Below, one piece after another: positions 8,170-18,081 of a stretch of DNA of 64,000 bases. The position numbers and the translations under genes are program-made. Under the pieces are notes generated by a model that made no database searches, was not told the DNA's origin, and saw nothing but the letters and a program-made list of their open reading frames with translations. Numbering within the stretch: position 1 is the stretch's first letter; every line of letters begins with the position of its first letter. Source of the stretch: Deltaproteobacteria bacterium (lineage in GTDB: Bacteria; Desulfobacterota; GWC2-55-46; UBA9637); contig JACRML010000058.1 of NCBI GenBank assembly GCA_016214995.1, forward strand, positions 4,194 through 68,193, read 5' to 3'.

Positions 8170-9726
8170 TCAATCTATCTGCGTTACCCTCAATACCTCT
8201 TCAAGGCTTGTAACACCTGTGGCTGCCTTCTCAAGGCCATCTTCTCTTATGGTTTTCATGCCGCCGGCGACAGCGTATTCCTTTACGGTAGTTGAGTCAG
8301 GATTTTTCAACAGCAATGTCCTCAGAGACTGGTCTATTTGCATGAATTCAAATATGCCTATTCTGCCCTGATAGCCTGTCTTAAAGCATCTGCCGCACCC
8401 TCTTGCCCTCCATAATTTCTTTAAATTATATCTTTGAAGCATGGCAATTTCCTGCTCGGTTGGCGCATACTCTTCTTTGCAATCAGGGCATAATACGCGC
8501 ATAAGCCTCTGGGCAATCACAGCGGATAAAGAAGAAGACAACAAGAACGGTTCTATCCCCATGTCCACAAGTCTTGTTACCGCAGTCGGGGCATCATTTG
8601 TGTGAAGCGTTGACAGCACGAGATGGCCTGTCAGAGACGCCTGAATCGCCATCTTTGCAGTTTCCATGTCTCTTATCTCTCCAACCATGATAATGTCGGG
8701 GTCCTGTCTTAAAATGGAGCGGAGGCCGTTTGCAAAGTTTAAATTAATCTTTGGGTTTACCTGTATCTGGCCGATGCCGTTCAGCTGATACTCTATCGGA
8801 TCTTCGATAGTGATAATATTCCGCTCATTTGAGTTTATCCTGTTGAGTGCGGCGTAAAGAGTGGTGGTTTTTCCTGAACCGGTCGGGCCTGTGACAAGTA
8901 TAATTCCATGATTTTGCAGAAGCAGGGATTCAAGCACTTTAACCTGTTTGGCTTGAAGCCCTATATCTTCAAGGCCGATGAGCCCCCCTTTCCTGTCGAG
9001 GAGCCTTAAAACAGCCCTTTCTCCGAAGGCGGTCGGCACAGTGGCTACCCTGACATCAATATCCTTTCCTGCGACAAGCAATCTTATTCTGCCATCCTGC
9101 GGCAGCCTCTTTTCAGCAATATCCATATTCGCCATAATCTTTACCCTGGATATCAGCGCATCCTGTATTATCTTTGGCGGGGCAATAACCGGATAAAGTA
9201 CTCCGTCTATTCTGAAGCGGACATCTACGCGCCGTTCAAAAGGCTCAATATGTACGTCGCTTGCCTTCTCCTTTACAGCCTGAAACAAGAGCGAGTTTAA
9301 TAGTTTTATTACAGGCGCCTCATCTGTCAGGTCCAGAAGATCTTTAGGCTCTTCCCATTGTTGGGCAATGGCTTCGAGGCTTTCACCGCTTAATTCCTCC
9401 ACCACATCCTGAGCAGAACCTGAAATCCTTTCATAAAATCTGTGGATTGCGTTCAGAATCTGCTGTGGGGGCGATAGTACAGGCCATACATGGACAGAAA
9501 GCATTCTTTCAACATCATCCAGCGCAAACATATCCTTTGGAGCGGACAGGGCCACCAGCAGCCTTTTTTCCTCCATTTTTAAAGGGAATATCATGTTGGC
9601 CTTTACAAAGGGCAAGGGCAGCTTTTCTAAAAAAGCCGGGTCAACGTCGCTGTCTTCAATAGTTTCTTTGTAGGGAAGGCCGAATCTTGCCGAAATAGCG
9701 GCAATATCTATATCCGATTTGTTCAT
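8170..9726 (-). CDS. gspE: Type II secretion ATPase E (GspE)
   Basis: Walker A GPTGSGKTTT and tetracysteine CPDC..CGRC. The N-terminal domain is typical of GspE. Confidence 0.92.
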   Translation of the reverse strand: MNKSDIDIAAISARFGLPYKETIEDSDVDPAFLEKLPLPFVKANMIFPLKMEEKRLLVALSAPKDMFALDDVERMLSVHVWPVLSPPQQILNAIHRFYERISGSAQDVVEELSGESLEAIAQQWEEPKDLLDLTDEAPVIKLLNSLLFQAVKEKASDVHIEPFERRVDVRFRIDGVLYPVIAPPKIIQDALISRVKIMANMDIAEKRLPQDGRIRLLVAGKDIDVRVATVPTAFGERAVLRLLDRKGGLIGLEDIGLQAKQVKVLESLLLQNHGIILVTGPTGSGKTTTLYAALNRINSNERNIITIEDPIEYQLNGIGQIQVNPKINLNFANGLRSILRQDPDIIMVGEIRDMETAKMAIQASLTGHLVLSTLHTNDAPTAVTRLVDMGIEPFLLSSSLSAVIAQRLMRVLCPDCKEEYAPTEQEIAMLQRYNLKKLWRARGCGRCFKTGYQGRIGIFEFMQIDQSLRTLLLKNPDSTTVKEYAVAGGMKTIREDGLEKAATGVTSLEEVLRVTQID

Positions 9727-9729
9727 TTG

Positions 9730-11751
9730 TCAGGTTCCGGGGTTCTCGTTTGGTTTGTCTGGAGCATCGCCGTTTTTATCACCGGTCTCTTCCTTTTTTT
9801 CCGGAGGGGCGTCCTTAAATATTTTTTCCCTTTCATTTTTTAAGTCGTCAAGACCGCCGAAATCATTTACTATAGTCGGCGTCAGATAAATAAGGAGATT
9901 TGTCTTTTGCTTATTCGTTGAAGAATATTTAAAGAGCCATCCGAGAAGCGGAATATCTCCAAGAAGAGGCACCTTTGTCACACTCTTTATCTCCTTATCC
10001 TGTATAAGCCCGCCAATAACTATAGTCTGCCTGTTCCTTACAACCACAGATGTCTTTGCGGACCGTTTTGTAGTTATGGCAAGGCCTTCGCTTGCAGTGG
10101 TCGGGGCAACGGCGGATATCTCCTGATAGATGTCTAATTTAACATAGTCTCCAGCGCTTACCTGCGGCTTGATTCTAAGTGTAATACCGATGTCTTTTCT
10201 TTCTATGGATTGGAGAATTGGCTGATTTGTTGTAGTGGCCTCTCTTTCGAGCTTGCTTAAAAATGGCACATTCTCACCGACTACAATCTCCGCTTCTTTA
10301 TTATCGCTTGTCAGTATATGAGGCGTGGAAAGGACATTTATAGTATCCCTGAATTCAGAAAGGCCAAAGAGTGCGGCAAAACCAGGAGCGGTCAGGTTAA
10401 AGCTGGAACCGTCCGGTCTTGTTACAGGCACCGAAATAAAATTGCCAACACCTCCGATGGTCAGGCCTGCCATGCCGCTTATTATCTTCTGGATGGATGA
10501 TGAATCAACAGTCCCCACACCGCCGATTGCTACCGGTTCACCCTTTTGGGTAGCGGAGACCCGCCACTTGACGCCAAGATCAATGGCCTTGTTTATGGAT
10601 ACCTCTGTTATCATTGCCTCCACAAAAACCTGCCTTGGCCGCATGTCAAGTTTTTTGATAATCTGCACAAGATTTTGATAATCCGCCGGCGAAGCCATAA
10701 TAATCAGCGAATTTGTCGCCTTGTCCGGAGTTATACTTATCCTGCCGCTAAATTCAGATGATGCCTGCTGTCCCGGAGGAGTTACGGGGGGGGCGCCGGG
10801 GCCAGTGGTTTGTCTGGTAATACCTTCCAAAACCTTAGAGGTATCGGTTGCATCGGCATTTTCCAGGTAATACACATTAATCCTTGAGCTTGTTTCAGGC
10901 GGAGGAACATCCAGAAGGGATATGAACCTTTTATATTCTTCCTTTTCATCCGGTGAACCAAAGAGGATAATGGCATTTAACCTTGTATCAGTTACGAATC
11001 TCAAGCTATCCTGGCCTGCCTGCGGCGCTGCTCCTGTTTTTGGTTGAACCCACTTCTTTCCAATTCCTTGTTTTAATATATGAGACAATGTTTCCACCTG
11101 GGCGTATTTCAGATATATTATCTCATGAGGATAGGTTATCTGCTCTACATCCATAAGTTTTACAATATCCAGAATCTTTTCAATATTCTGCATAGTGTCA
11201 AGGATGAGAATCGCATTTCCTGAGCCAAAGGCTGATAAATAGCCGTCTCTGGACACTAATGGTTGGAGGATTGGCAGTACCTCCTGAATCGGGATGAATG
11301 CAAGGGTGATGAGCCTTGCAATATATGATTCATTAACAACAGGTTTTTCCCTGTCTTTAAATACCCCTATGGAACTTTGCTTGACCATTGAAGATGGGAT
11401 GATTTTGTAGGCTGCGCCGGTTTCTATAACAGTAAAACCCTTTAACTCCAGAACAGAGGTAAAGAGATTAAATGCCTCTTCTATGCTGAACTTGGAAGGG
11501 GCGACTACGGTAATCTTCCCTCTAATGCGCTCATCATATATGAAGTTCTTGCCTGTTATCTCGCTTATGAATCTTATAACGGTGGGTAATTCCACATCCA
11601 CAAAGTTCAGGGTGATGTCCTCCTCTTTTTTCTGTTTCGCTGAGCCTTTGTCTTCGGTATGCGCTAAAACAGGTGTGAGGATATATGGAAGGATGAGGAG
11701 GCAATATAAAAACAGATAAATGGATTTTCTTTTTAACGCAGTTTTATTCAT
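9730..11751 (-). CDS. gspD: Type II secretion secretin D (GspD)
   Basis: 673 aa with signal peptide, N-domains and a C-terminal secretin core (VPLLGDIPLLGWLF). Confidence 0.9.
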   Translation of the reverse strand: MNKTALKRKSIYLFLYCLLILPYILTPVLAHTEDKGSAKQKKEEDITLNFVDVELPTVIRFISEITGKNFIYDERIRGKITVVAPSKFSIEEAFNLFTSVLELKGFTVIETGAAYKIIPSSMVKQSSIGVFKDREKPVVNESYIARLITLAFIPIQEVLPILQPLVSRDGYLSAFGSGNAILILDTMQNIEKILDIVKLMDVEQITYPHEIIYLKYAQVETLSHILKQGIGKKWVQPKTGAAPQAGQDSLRFVTDTRLNAIILFGSPDEKEEYKRFISLLDVPPPETSSRINVYYLENADATDTSKVLEGITRQTTGPGAPPVTPPGQQASSEFSGRISITPDKATNSLIIMASPADYQNLVQIIKKLDMRPRQVFVEAMITEVSINKAIDLGVKWRVSATQKGEPVAIGGVGTVDSSSIQKIISGMAGLTIGGVGNFISVPVTRPDGSSFNLTAPGFAALFGLSEFRDTINVLSTPHILTSDNKEAEIVVGENVPFLSKLEREATTTNQPILQSIERKDIGITLRIKPQVSAGDYVKLDIYQEISAVAPTTASEGLAITTKRSAKTSVVVRNRQTIVIGGLIQDKEIKSVTKVPLLGDIPLLGWLFKYSSTNKQKTNLLIYLTPTIVNDFGGLDDLKNEREKIFKDAPPEKKEETGDKNGDAPDKPNENPGT

Positions 11752-11773
11752 TGTCTGTCACCAAAATTTCAAG

Positions 11774-12685
11774 CTACCTGATTTGATATTTCATATTCAT
11801 CTTCTGGCCACCCCTTATGATATCCAGAGATATGCTGGATTCTCCCTTAAGGCCTGTCAGAAGCTGTACTCCCTTTTCAGGAGAGTCTATCTTATAATTA
11901 TTCACGCTCAAAAGGATATCACCATTTTTCAATCCAATAAGATTGAATACCCCTTCCGGCTTAATTTCACTAACGCGGAAACCAACAATTTTATCGCCTT
12001 CTTTATAAGGCAAAAGCCTGCCGTCGGTCAATATCTTGCTCATATCCTCCAGGGTTTTAGAGAGCGCCCTCTGGTCAATAAGCCATTCCTTTTCACTAAT
12101 CTTTTGAGATATTACAGGAGTCTGGCTTGCTTGATTAGGCAAAATACTATCTGTGGTTTTGCGCCCACCGTCAACAGCTTCAAGGGGCATGCTGAAAGAT
12201 ATCTTTCTGGCATCTGCAAGGATGTACGCCTTGTCTTTCTCAACCTCTTTTAAAATACCGATGTCAAATACCGGCGCATTTTTCTTAAATACCTCTTGTC
12301 TCTTTGAGCCTATTTCTTCAAATATTGCATAACTTTTTCCAAGCTGTGAAACAACTGTTCCAATAAGTGCAATTGTCCGTTCCGCAGAATTTTCCTGAGA
12401 AGGAAGAACATCTTTAGATGTCGATGTATCCAAAAAGCTAAATTTATCGGCAGGGGCAAACAGCCCGTTTTCTACTATAGGGGCATAATCGTTAAACTCC
12501 CTTTTAGGTTTAATCTCTGAACCTGTCCGGGTGTTTTTTTGCAATTCTGCTTTCTGCAGAACCGCATAGCGGGTAGTTAGATAGTTGCTGGCTAAGGACG
12601 CCAAGGAAAATAGAATACCAAGGAACAACAGCAGGTTAAGAATATTTATTGATTTTACATTCACACTTTTCACAAGAATACGCAA
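11774..12685 (-). CDS. gspC: Type II secretion protein C-like (GspC) with PDZ domain
   Basis: N-terminal TM (INILNLLLFLGILFSLASLA) and C-terminal PDZ (GFRVSEIKPEGVFNLIGLKNGDILLSVNN). First gene of the operon. TTG start in the track. Confidence 0.55.
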   Translation of the reverse strand: MRILVKSVNVKSINILNLLLFLGILFSLASLASNYLTTRYAVLQKAELQKNTRTGSEIKPKREFNDYAPIVENGLFAPADKFSFLDTSTSKDVLPSQENSAERTIALIGTVVSQLGKSYAIFEEIGSKRQEVFKKNAPVFDIGILKEVEKDKAYILADARKISFSMPLEAVDGGRKTTDSILPNQASQTPVISQKISEKEWLIDQRALSKTLEDMSKILTDGRLLPYKEGDKIVGFRVSEIKPEGVFNLIGLKNGDILLSVNNYKIDSPEKGVQLLTGLKGESSISLDIIRGGQKMNMKYQIR

Positions 12686-12755
12686 TGATTGAAACGGCTC
12701 TATTTAAGTATAAAAGATACTATAAAATGGCATAGAAGGCAAATAGAAAGATTAA

Positions 12756-13006
12756 CCCCAAAATAGACATTGACTTTGGGGGAAACTGCCCCCGATTGAT
12801 TCTATCGGGGGCTGCCAGACGAGGCAGAGGCCATTTTTGCTACGAGCCGTATGACACCTATACGGTGAGGAGCAAAAATTGGCCGATAATTAAGTCGGGG
12901 CACCCAAGCAAAGCTTGGGGCGGGCAAATCGGCTGGCTCCATTTGCTGCGAAGCAATTGCAAGTGGAAGATTTAAAATAGCGAGGTTTTTAATCGCTATT
13001 TTACGG
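12756..13006 (+). repeat. ~250-bp multi-hairpin mosaic element, copy A (hairpin-swapped variant)
   Basis: Shares the CCCAAAATAGAC..TTTGGGG, CCGTAT..ATACGGTGAGGAGCAAAAAT, CCGAT..ATCGGCTGGCTCCA..GCAAGTGGAAG and AAAATAGCGA..TCGCTATTTTACGG blocks with the copies at 23818, 28205 and 36792. Confidence 0.9.
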
Positions 13007-13101
13007 ATTAATCTTTATTTTGACAATGCGCTTATTTTGTATTATAGATACCTGTAAATTGTCTATACGTCGTAAGACGTATGCCAAGGGGAGTTGATTG
13101 A

Positions 13102-13905
13102 ATGCAGAAAACCCTTTTTGCCCTTTATATGCTTTTCCTATCGCTGTCATTCATTACGGCTTGCGGAAAGGATGGTTCTCATAAGGAAAAAATCGCCTCG
13201 GTTAATGATACCACAATATCTCTGGAGGAATTTCAAAAAGAGGTCTCCATACTCTCCAGGAGAAACCCCACCCTTAAGATAACACCCAATGCACTTGAAG
13301 AACATCTCAACGCCGTCATTGACAAAAAACTTTTGCTGCAGGAGGCAAGAAAACAAGGATTGACAGAGAACCCGCGGTTTGCAGAAACAATAAAAACATT
13401 CTGGGAACAGACCCTGATAAAAGAGCTTATAGACTTAAAAACCAGAGAGTGGGCGGGCAGGCTTTTCGCAACAGAAGAGGAGGTCAATAAACATTATCAA
13501 AGAATGCAGTATATGCCGACGGTAAGATTGGCAAAGGCAAAAAACAAGGAGCAGGCCGTGGCAATAAAGGAGAAGATGCTGAAAAAGCTACCAGTTGCCG
13601 GAGAAGATACAGTAGGGCCGTTGTTTATTGAAGATGTTGGGTCGAGTGCACTTCTTAATGCGTTTGACATGGATGCCGGAGAAATAATGGCATATGAAAC
13701 TGACGGCGGGTATATTGTCATATCTGTTGTAAAAAGCGAAAAGACCGAGCTCCCCACGCTTAAAGAGAGTTATGACCATATCAAGGAATATATCGTTGAA
13801 CAAAAAAAGCAGGGCATTTTGGAAGAATGGCTGAAGAATGTTAAAGGCGCTGCCAAAATACAAATCAATGCCGGTATGTTGAAAGGGCTTGCCAATGAGC
13901 AATAA
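13102..13905 (+). CDS. Lipoprotein with SurA-N-like chaperone region
   Basis: Lipobox LSFITAC after a hydrophobic signal. ISLEEFQKEV...DKKLLLQEARKQG resembles the SurA/PpiD N-terminal chaperone domain. Confidence 0.4.
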   Translation: MQKTLFALYMLFLSLSFITACGKDGSHKEKIASVNDTTISLEEFQKEVSILSRRNPTLKITPNALEEHLNAVIDKKLLLQEARKQGLTENPRFAETIKTFWEQTLIKELIDLKTREWAGRLFATEEEVNKHYQRMQYMPTVRLAKAKNKEQAVAIKEKMLKKLPVAGEDTVGPLFIEDVGSSALLNAFDMDAGEIMAYETDGGYIVISVVKSEKTELPTLKESYDHIKEYIVEQKKQGILEEWLKNVKGAAKIQINAGMLKGLANEQ

Positions 13906-14518
13906 AAAAGCCTTCAGACGCAGAAACTATTTTATTAAAAAGAAATTCCAGTTGGATTTCTCTGCCAAATTTCTCGTAATTATAGTCATAGAGGCTGTTT
14001 TGGCAATCGGACTTTTTCTGTATCTGTCAAAAGGCACTTTGACAACCGGCTACTCTGGCTCAGAGCTTAAGGTGGCCAGCACATATAATTTTTTCCTCCC
14101 CATGCTGCTTTTCTCAAATATCATAATAGTCGGCGTAACCGCCATTGCAGGCATAGTTGTCCTTGTATTTTTATCGCACAGGATAGCCGGGCCGTTATAC
14201 CGCTTTGAAAATGTTTTAAGCGAAATCGGCAGCGGCAACCTGACCTACAGATTCAAATTAAGAGAAACAGACCAGTTTGTGGAATTGGAGAACAGCATAA
14301 ATGTACTGGCCACTGCTATTGATAAAAACATGGGCGGGGTAAAATACAGGGTTGCTGAAATTTCAAGGTTTCTTGCTGAGATAAAAACTGCCGCCGCCCA
14401 AAATCCCAATGCACCTTCTAACAAAGAACTGGACCGCCTCTTACAGGAGACAGCTAAAAAACTTCTTGAACTTGAGGAGGCTGTAAATTATTTCAAAACC
14501 TCAGGCCGTGAGAGTTGA
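13889..14518 (+). CDS. Two-TM membrane protein with HAMP-like linker
   Basis: Two TM helices followed by SHRIAGPLYRFENVLSEIGSGNLTYRFKLRETDQF (HAMP pattern). No output domain. Confidence 0.45.
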   Translation: MPMSNKKAFRRRNYFIKKKFQLDFSAKFLVIIVIEAVLAIGLFLYLSKGTLTTGYSGSELKVASTYNFFLPMLLFSNIIIVGVTAIAGIVVLVFLSHRIAGPLYRFENVLSEIGSGNLTYRFKLRETDQFVELENSINVLATAIDKNMGGVKYRVAEISRFLAEIKTAAAQNPNAPSNKELDRLLQETAKKLLELEEAVNYFKTSGRES

Positions 14519-15119
14519 GGATTTAAGGAGCGCAAAGTTGAGGAGCTTATCTTTTATCTCCACCCTCTGTCTCCACTCTCTTTTTTTTATTCTTTTCATC
14601 GCCTCCTGCCCGCCTTACCTTGCCGCACAAGACTTGCCCTCTGCACAAACAGGGGAGTGGGCAAATCCATACAACACGCAATATGCGAGCATATACTATT
14701 TAAACGACAGTGACCTCAACACCTTTACCCGAAGTATCGGCAAAGGATTTACATTTTTCGGCGAGAGCCAGGAAAAGAATCCTATGCTGGCAAAAAACAG
14801 GGTTGATGCTATTGTTGAAAGGGTAAGACGTCTCCTTGATATGTATCCGCCAAATCTTCATTTTAAGGTATATATTTATCCCACTTACAGGGAATTAGGA
14901 TTAAAATATCTCGGTACAGGCAATTTTGGAAAATCCCCCATAGCGTTTTACAATCACAAAACTGCGGCTATCTATATTTCGCTACCTGACATCACCGGCG
15001 GCGTCTTAGCTCATGAAATAGCCCATACTGTGATAAATTTCTTCTTTGCTGTGCCGCCGCCCACAGCCATGCAGGAGATACTTGCGCAATATGTAGACAG
15101 GCACTTGTGGGAAGAATAG
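14508..15119 (+). CDS. Secreted protein with HEXXH metalloprotease-like motif
   Basis: Signal-like N-terminus (GTG start, partly encoded by a GTTGAGA-type repeat). LAHEIAHTV motif near the C-terminus. Confidence 0.3.
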   Translation: MRVEDLRSAKLRSLSFISTLCLHSLFFILFIASCPPYLAAQDLPSAQTGEWANPYNTQYASIYYLNDSDLNTFTRSIGKGFTFFGESQEKNPMLAKNRVDAIVERVRRLLDMYPPNLHFKVYIYPTYRELGLKYLGTGNFGKSPIAFYNHKTAAIYISLPDITGGVLAHEIAHTVINFFFAVPPPTAMQEILAQYVDRHLWEE

Positions 15120-15217
15120 GGAATTATAGCTAATAGCTGTTAGCTCATGGCAACTGTAATACATAACTCCTGCTGTAAAAAGGCGATTAAAAACCTATTT
15201 TTGGAATGGAATAACGA

Positions 15218-15940
15218 ATGATTTATAAGGCCATTCAAACACTCTTTTGGAAAGCCTATTTGCTCAAGGATGCTGTTTTTAAAAAAAGGCTTTACACTGA
15301 GCTAAAAAACATAACAAAATCCCTTGAAGAGGATATATTTACGAAACTTCAAACAAAGGGAATTGCAGAAGCCTCTATTGAAATAACCGGGACAGCGCTA
15401 AATATTAATCAAGATACCCGCGAAAAGCGGGGGGTGGAATATTCTATCCCTGCCTCCCAAAACGTAATAGAATTTTTCAAGGCATTGGATATATCAAAAA
15501 TAGAGATGGATGTAATTCTTGAATCCAATCATATAATGGATATCTTTAGAGACATATATGCAATGAGAAAAGAAACCTCCATTCTAACCGACGGCTATAA
15601 GGCATATTGCGCCATAACCAATTTTTTTCCGGATTCAGGCCTCCTATCAATTAAATATAACTACTGCGAGCTTGACTATTCAAAGGCAGTAAGGGGTATT
15701 AAAGAAAAAGGCAGGCTTAAGGACCACAGGGTGTTTTTCCAGAAAGCACTCCCCTACAGCATCACCGTAGGTTTGGTCGTTATGATGTTAGGGCTGGCAT
15801 ATCCATATATCCCAAGGCAGTTATCCATAGCCCTGTCAATCCTGATAGGACTCGGGGCAGGAATCGTCACCTTTCTGATATTTCAGGTATTGGGTTCTCT
15901 GGAATATGACAAAGAGTATCTGGAAAAGAGATTAAAATAG
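15218..15940 (+). CDS. Hypothetical protein with two C-terminal TM helices
   Basis: 240 aa with no recognised motif. Hydrophobic segments ITVGLVVMMLGLAYPYI and LSILIGLGAGIVTFLIFQVLG. Confidence 0.35.
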   Translation: MIYKAIQTLFWKAYLLKDAVFKKRLYTELKNITKSLEEDIFTKLQTKGIAEASIEITGTALNINQDTREKRGVEYSIPASQNVIEFFKALDISKIEMDVILESNHIMDIFRDIYAMRKETSILTDGYKAYCAITNFFPDSGLLSIKYNYCELDYSKAVRGIKEKGRLKDHRVFFQKALPYSITVGLVVMMLGLAYPYIPRQLSIALSILIGLGAGIVTFLIFQVLGSLEYDKEYLEKRLK

Positions 15941-16683
15941 GGACACATCCCTTTTATTCTTGACATCAAGATAAGCCAATGTTATGAAAGTTGCCATGCC
16001 AAGGATAGCAAGAATAGTAGGCTTAGGATACCCACATCATGTAATACAACGCGGGAATAACAGAGAAAAGGCCTTTCTTGACGATGAAGATTTTAAGAAG
16101 TATCTCTCCCTGCTTGAAAAATACTTATCTAATAAGGAAGTTGTATTGCAGGGTTACTGCCTCATGACTAACCACGTTCATTTGCTTTTGAAACCCCTCA
16201 AAGAACAATCGTTATACAAGATGATACAGGGGATAACCCTTTGCTACACGCAGTATTTTAACAAAAAATACAGCCGAACTGGTCGTTTGTGGGAATGCAG
16301 ATACCATTCCTGCATAGTTGATGCAGAACGGTATTTATGGGCAGTAAGCCGGTATATAGAAAGAAATCCAGTAAGGGCAAAAATGGTTGAAAACCCAGAA
16401 GACTACTGCTATTCCAGCGCAAGGTCACACATTTTGGGAGAAGCAAATCAATTAGTTGGAGAACCGTTGTTTGGTGAAAGAGAGTTATCTCAATATAAGT
16501 TATTTGTCAAACGTAAGGAAAAAGAAGAAGAACTGGAAGATATAAGAAAAAAAACAAGGTTAGGAAAGCCCCTTGGAGGTGAAACATTTTTAAGATTACT
16601 TTCAGAAAAATTAGGTCGAACACTTACATTTAGGCCAAAGGGCAGGCCAGCAAAAAAAGAGGGTGGTTAATGGGATGTGTCCC
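15940..16683 (+). mobile_element. RAYT cassette: IS200-like Y1 transposase flanked by an inverted 12-nt hairpin motif
   Basis: GGGACACATCCC at 15940-15951 and its reverse complement GGGATGTGTCCC at 16672-16683 bracket the gene. Confidence 0.65.
15996..16670 (+). CDS. REP-associated tyrosine transposase (RAYT, IS200/Y1 family)
   Basis: MPRIARIV..GYPHHVIQRGNNRE..CLMTNHVHLLLKP (HuH motif) ..RYIERNPVRAKMV..YCYSS (catalytic Tyr region). Start moved to the second ATG of the track ORF 15984-16670. Confidence 0.75.
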   Translation: MPRIARIVGLGYPHHVIQRGNNREKAFLDDEDFKKYLSLLEKYLSNKEVVLQGYCLMTNHVHLLLKPLKEQSLYKMIQGITLCYTQYFNKKYSRTGRLWECRYHSCIVDAERYLWAVSRYIERNPVRAKMVENPEDYCYSSARSHILGEANQLVGEPLFGERELSQYKLFVKRKEKEEELEDIRKKTRLGKPLGGETFLRLLSEKLGRTLTFRPKGRPAKKEGG

Positions 16684-18007
16684 TATTTTTGATAGAGATA
16701 TCCTTAAGCTTGCGTCTCCAGTATTCTTCGGCATGCTTTCTCAAACCATATTTTATGCTGTTGACACCGCAATGCTGGGAAGGGTTGGTGTGGAGGCATT
16801 GGCAGCGGCCGGTCTCGGCTGGTTCGTTGTCTGGATATTCGGAAGCAGCCTTATGGCTGTGGAGGTGGGAACTCAAAGCCTTGTCGCAAGGAGATTTGGA
16901 GAGGGAGATTGGGAGGCATGCGGAGGGCTTCTTGACAATACCTTATTCTTCACCGTATCATTCGGACTTGTATTTTCTGTTGCAGGCTATCTCCTTGCCC
17001 CAGTGATATTTCCATACCTGTCCGATGATATAAAAATTATTCAGTATGGAATTGATTATCTGAAATACAGTTTCTTATCCATATTCTTTTTTCTCATCAT
17101 TGCCGCATTCAGGGGATTTTTTGACGGCCTTGGCCAACCGCATCTCTTTATGAAGGTTGCTATTGTCATGAATATCTCAAATATTATATTTGACTATGCC
17201 CTCATCTTTGGAAAATTTGGCTTTCCAAGACTTGAGGTAAAGGGTGCTGCCATTGCGTCGCTTATCGCCTCTTTAATAGGCGCTGCCTATTTCTTCAGCC
17301 TGAGTTTGAGAAATGGATTTGCAAGAAGATTCAGATATCTCAGTAGTTATACATTTGATCTGCCTGTTTTAAATTCTATCTTAAGGCTTGCCTTTCCTGC
17401 AATGATTAGGGTATTTTTCATAATGGCAGGGCTTACCATCTTTTTATGGATAGTAGGACGAATAGGTAAAACAGAGCTTGCGGCAAGCAACATACTCATG
17501 ACCCTTTCCTCTTTCACATTCCTCGCTGGTTATGGATTTGCAGTTGCGGCAGCTACTATGGTCAGCCAGAACCTCGGAAAAGGCAATGCGGAAGCTGCGG
17601 AAAGATACGGTTGGGAGGCTGTGAAGCTTGGACTCATATGCATGGGTTTTTTAGGAGTTATATTTATATTATTCCCAAAGATTATGCTTGAGATTTTTAC
17701 TGACCAAACTGCGGTCATAGATACCGGTAAAAACATACTTGTGCTCTTTGGGATAATACAATTTTTTGATGCTGTAAATCTTATCCTTTCCCATGCGCTT
17801 CAGGGTGCGGGCTGCACAAAGTGGGTTATGAAGGTAGAGGGGCTTGTGGTATGGCTTTTGTTTTTGCCGGCAGCATATATATTAAGTGTGGTATTGGGTT
17901 TCGGCCTTTATGGCGCATGGATAAGCATGTTTGCATATAGTTTGATTATGGCATTAAGCATGTTGTGGAAATTTAAGGCTGGCAAATGGAAAGAGGCGGA
18001 GATATAA
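16670..18007 (+). CDS. MATE family efflux transporter
   Basis: 445 aa with about 12 TM helices and an ILKLASPVFFGMLSQ N-terminal signature. The first 5 codons are encoded by the right-hand hairpin motif of the RAYT cassette. Confidence 0.8.
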   Translation: MGCVPIFDRDILKLASPVFFGMLSQTIFYAVDTAMLGRVGVEALAAAGLGWFVVWIFGSSLMAVEVGTQSLVARRFGEGDWEACGGLLDNTLFFTVSFGLVFSVAGYLLAPVIFPYLSDDIKIIQYGIDYLKYSFLSIFFFLIIAAFRGFFDGLGQPHLFMKVAIVMNISNIIFDYALIFGKFGFPRLEVKGAAIASLIASLIGAAYFFSLSLRNGFARRFRYLSSYTFDLPVLNSILRLAFPAMIRVFFIMAGLTIFLWIVGRIGKTELAASNILMTLSSFTFLAGYGFAVAAATMVSQNLGKGNAEAAERYGWEAVKLGLICMGFLGVIFILFPKIMLEIFTDQTAVIDTGKNILVLFGIIQFFDAVNLILSHALQGAGCTKWVMKVEGLVVWLLFLPAAYILSVVLGFGLYGAWISMFAYSLIMALSMLWKFKAGKWKEAEI

Positions 18008-18011
18008 AAGA

Positions 18012-18073
18012 ACAGGCAATGGGCAAGAGGCGCTAGGAAAACCTATAGCAATAGCCCCTCGCCCATAGCCTGT
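18012..18073. terminator. Heptamer-armed hairpin downstream of the MATE gene
   Basis: ACAGGCAATGGGCAAGAGGCGCTAGG-AAAA-CCTATAGCAATAGCCCCTCGCCCATAGCCTGT. Confidence 0.5.
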
Positions 18074-18081
18074 ATTTGAGG

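Noticed and set aside
11720-12253. The 177-aa plus-strand ORF.
   Set aside because: It lies entirely antisense to gspC, which has a clear PDZ domain. No motif or RBS is present.
12756-13006. The idea that the 250-bp element is a riboswitch or 5'-UTR cis-regulator.
   Set aside because: The downstream genes are functionally unrelated: a lipoprotein, an FAD oxidoreductase and a small peptide. Copy D is antisense to its operon. In copy A a TTGACA-N17-TATAGA promoter lies downstream of the element, so it would not be in that transcript.
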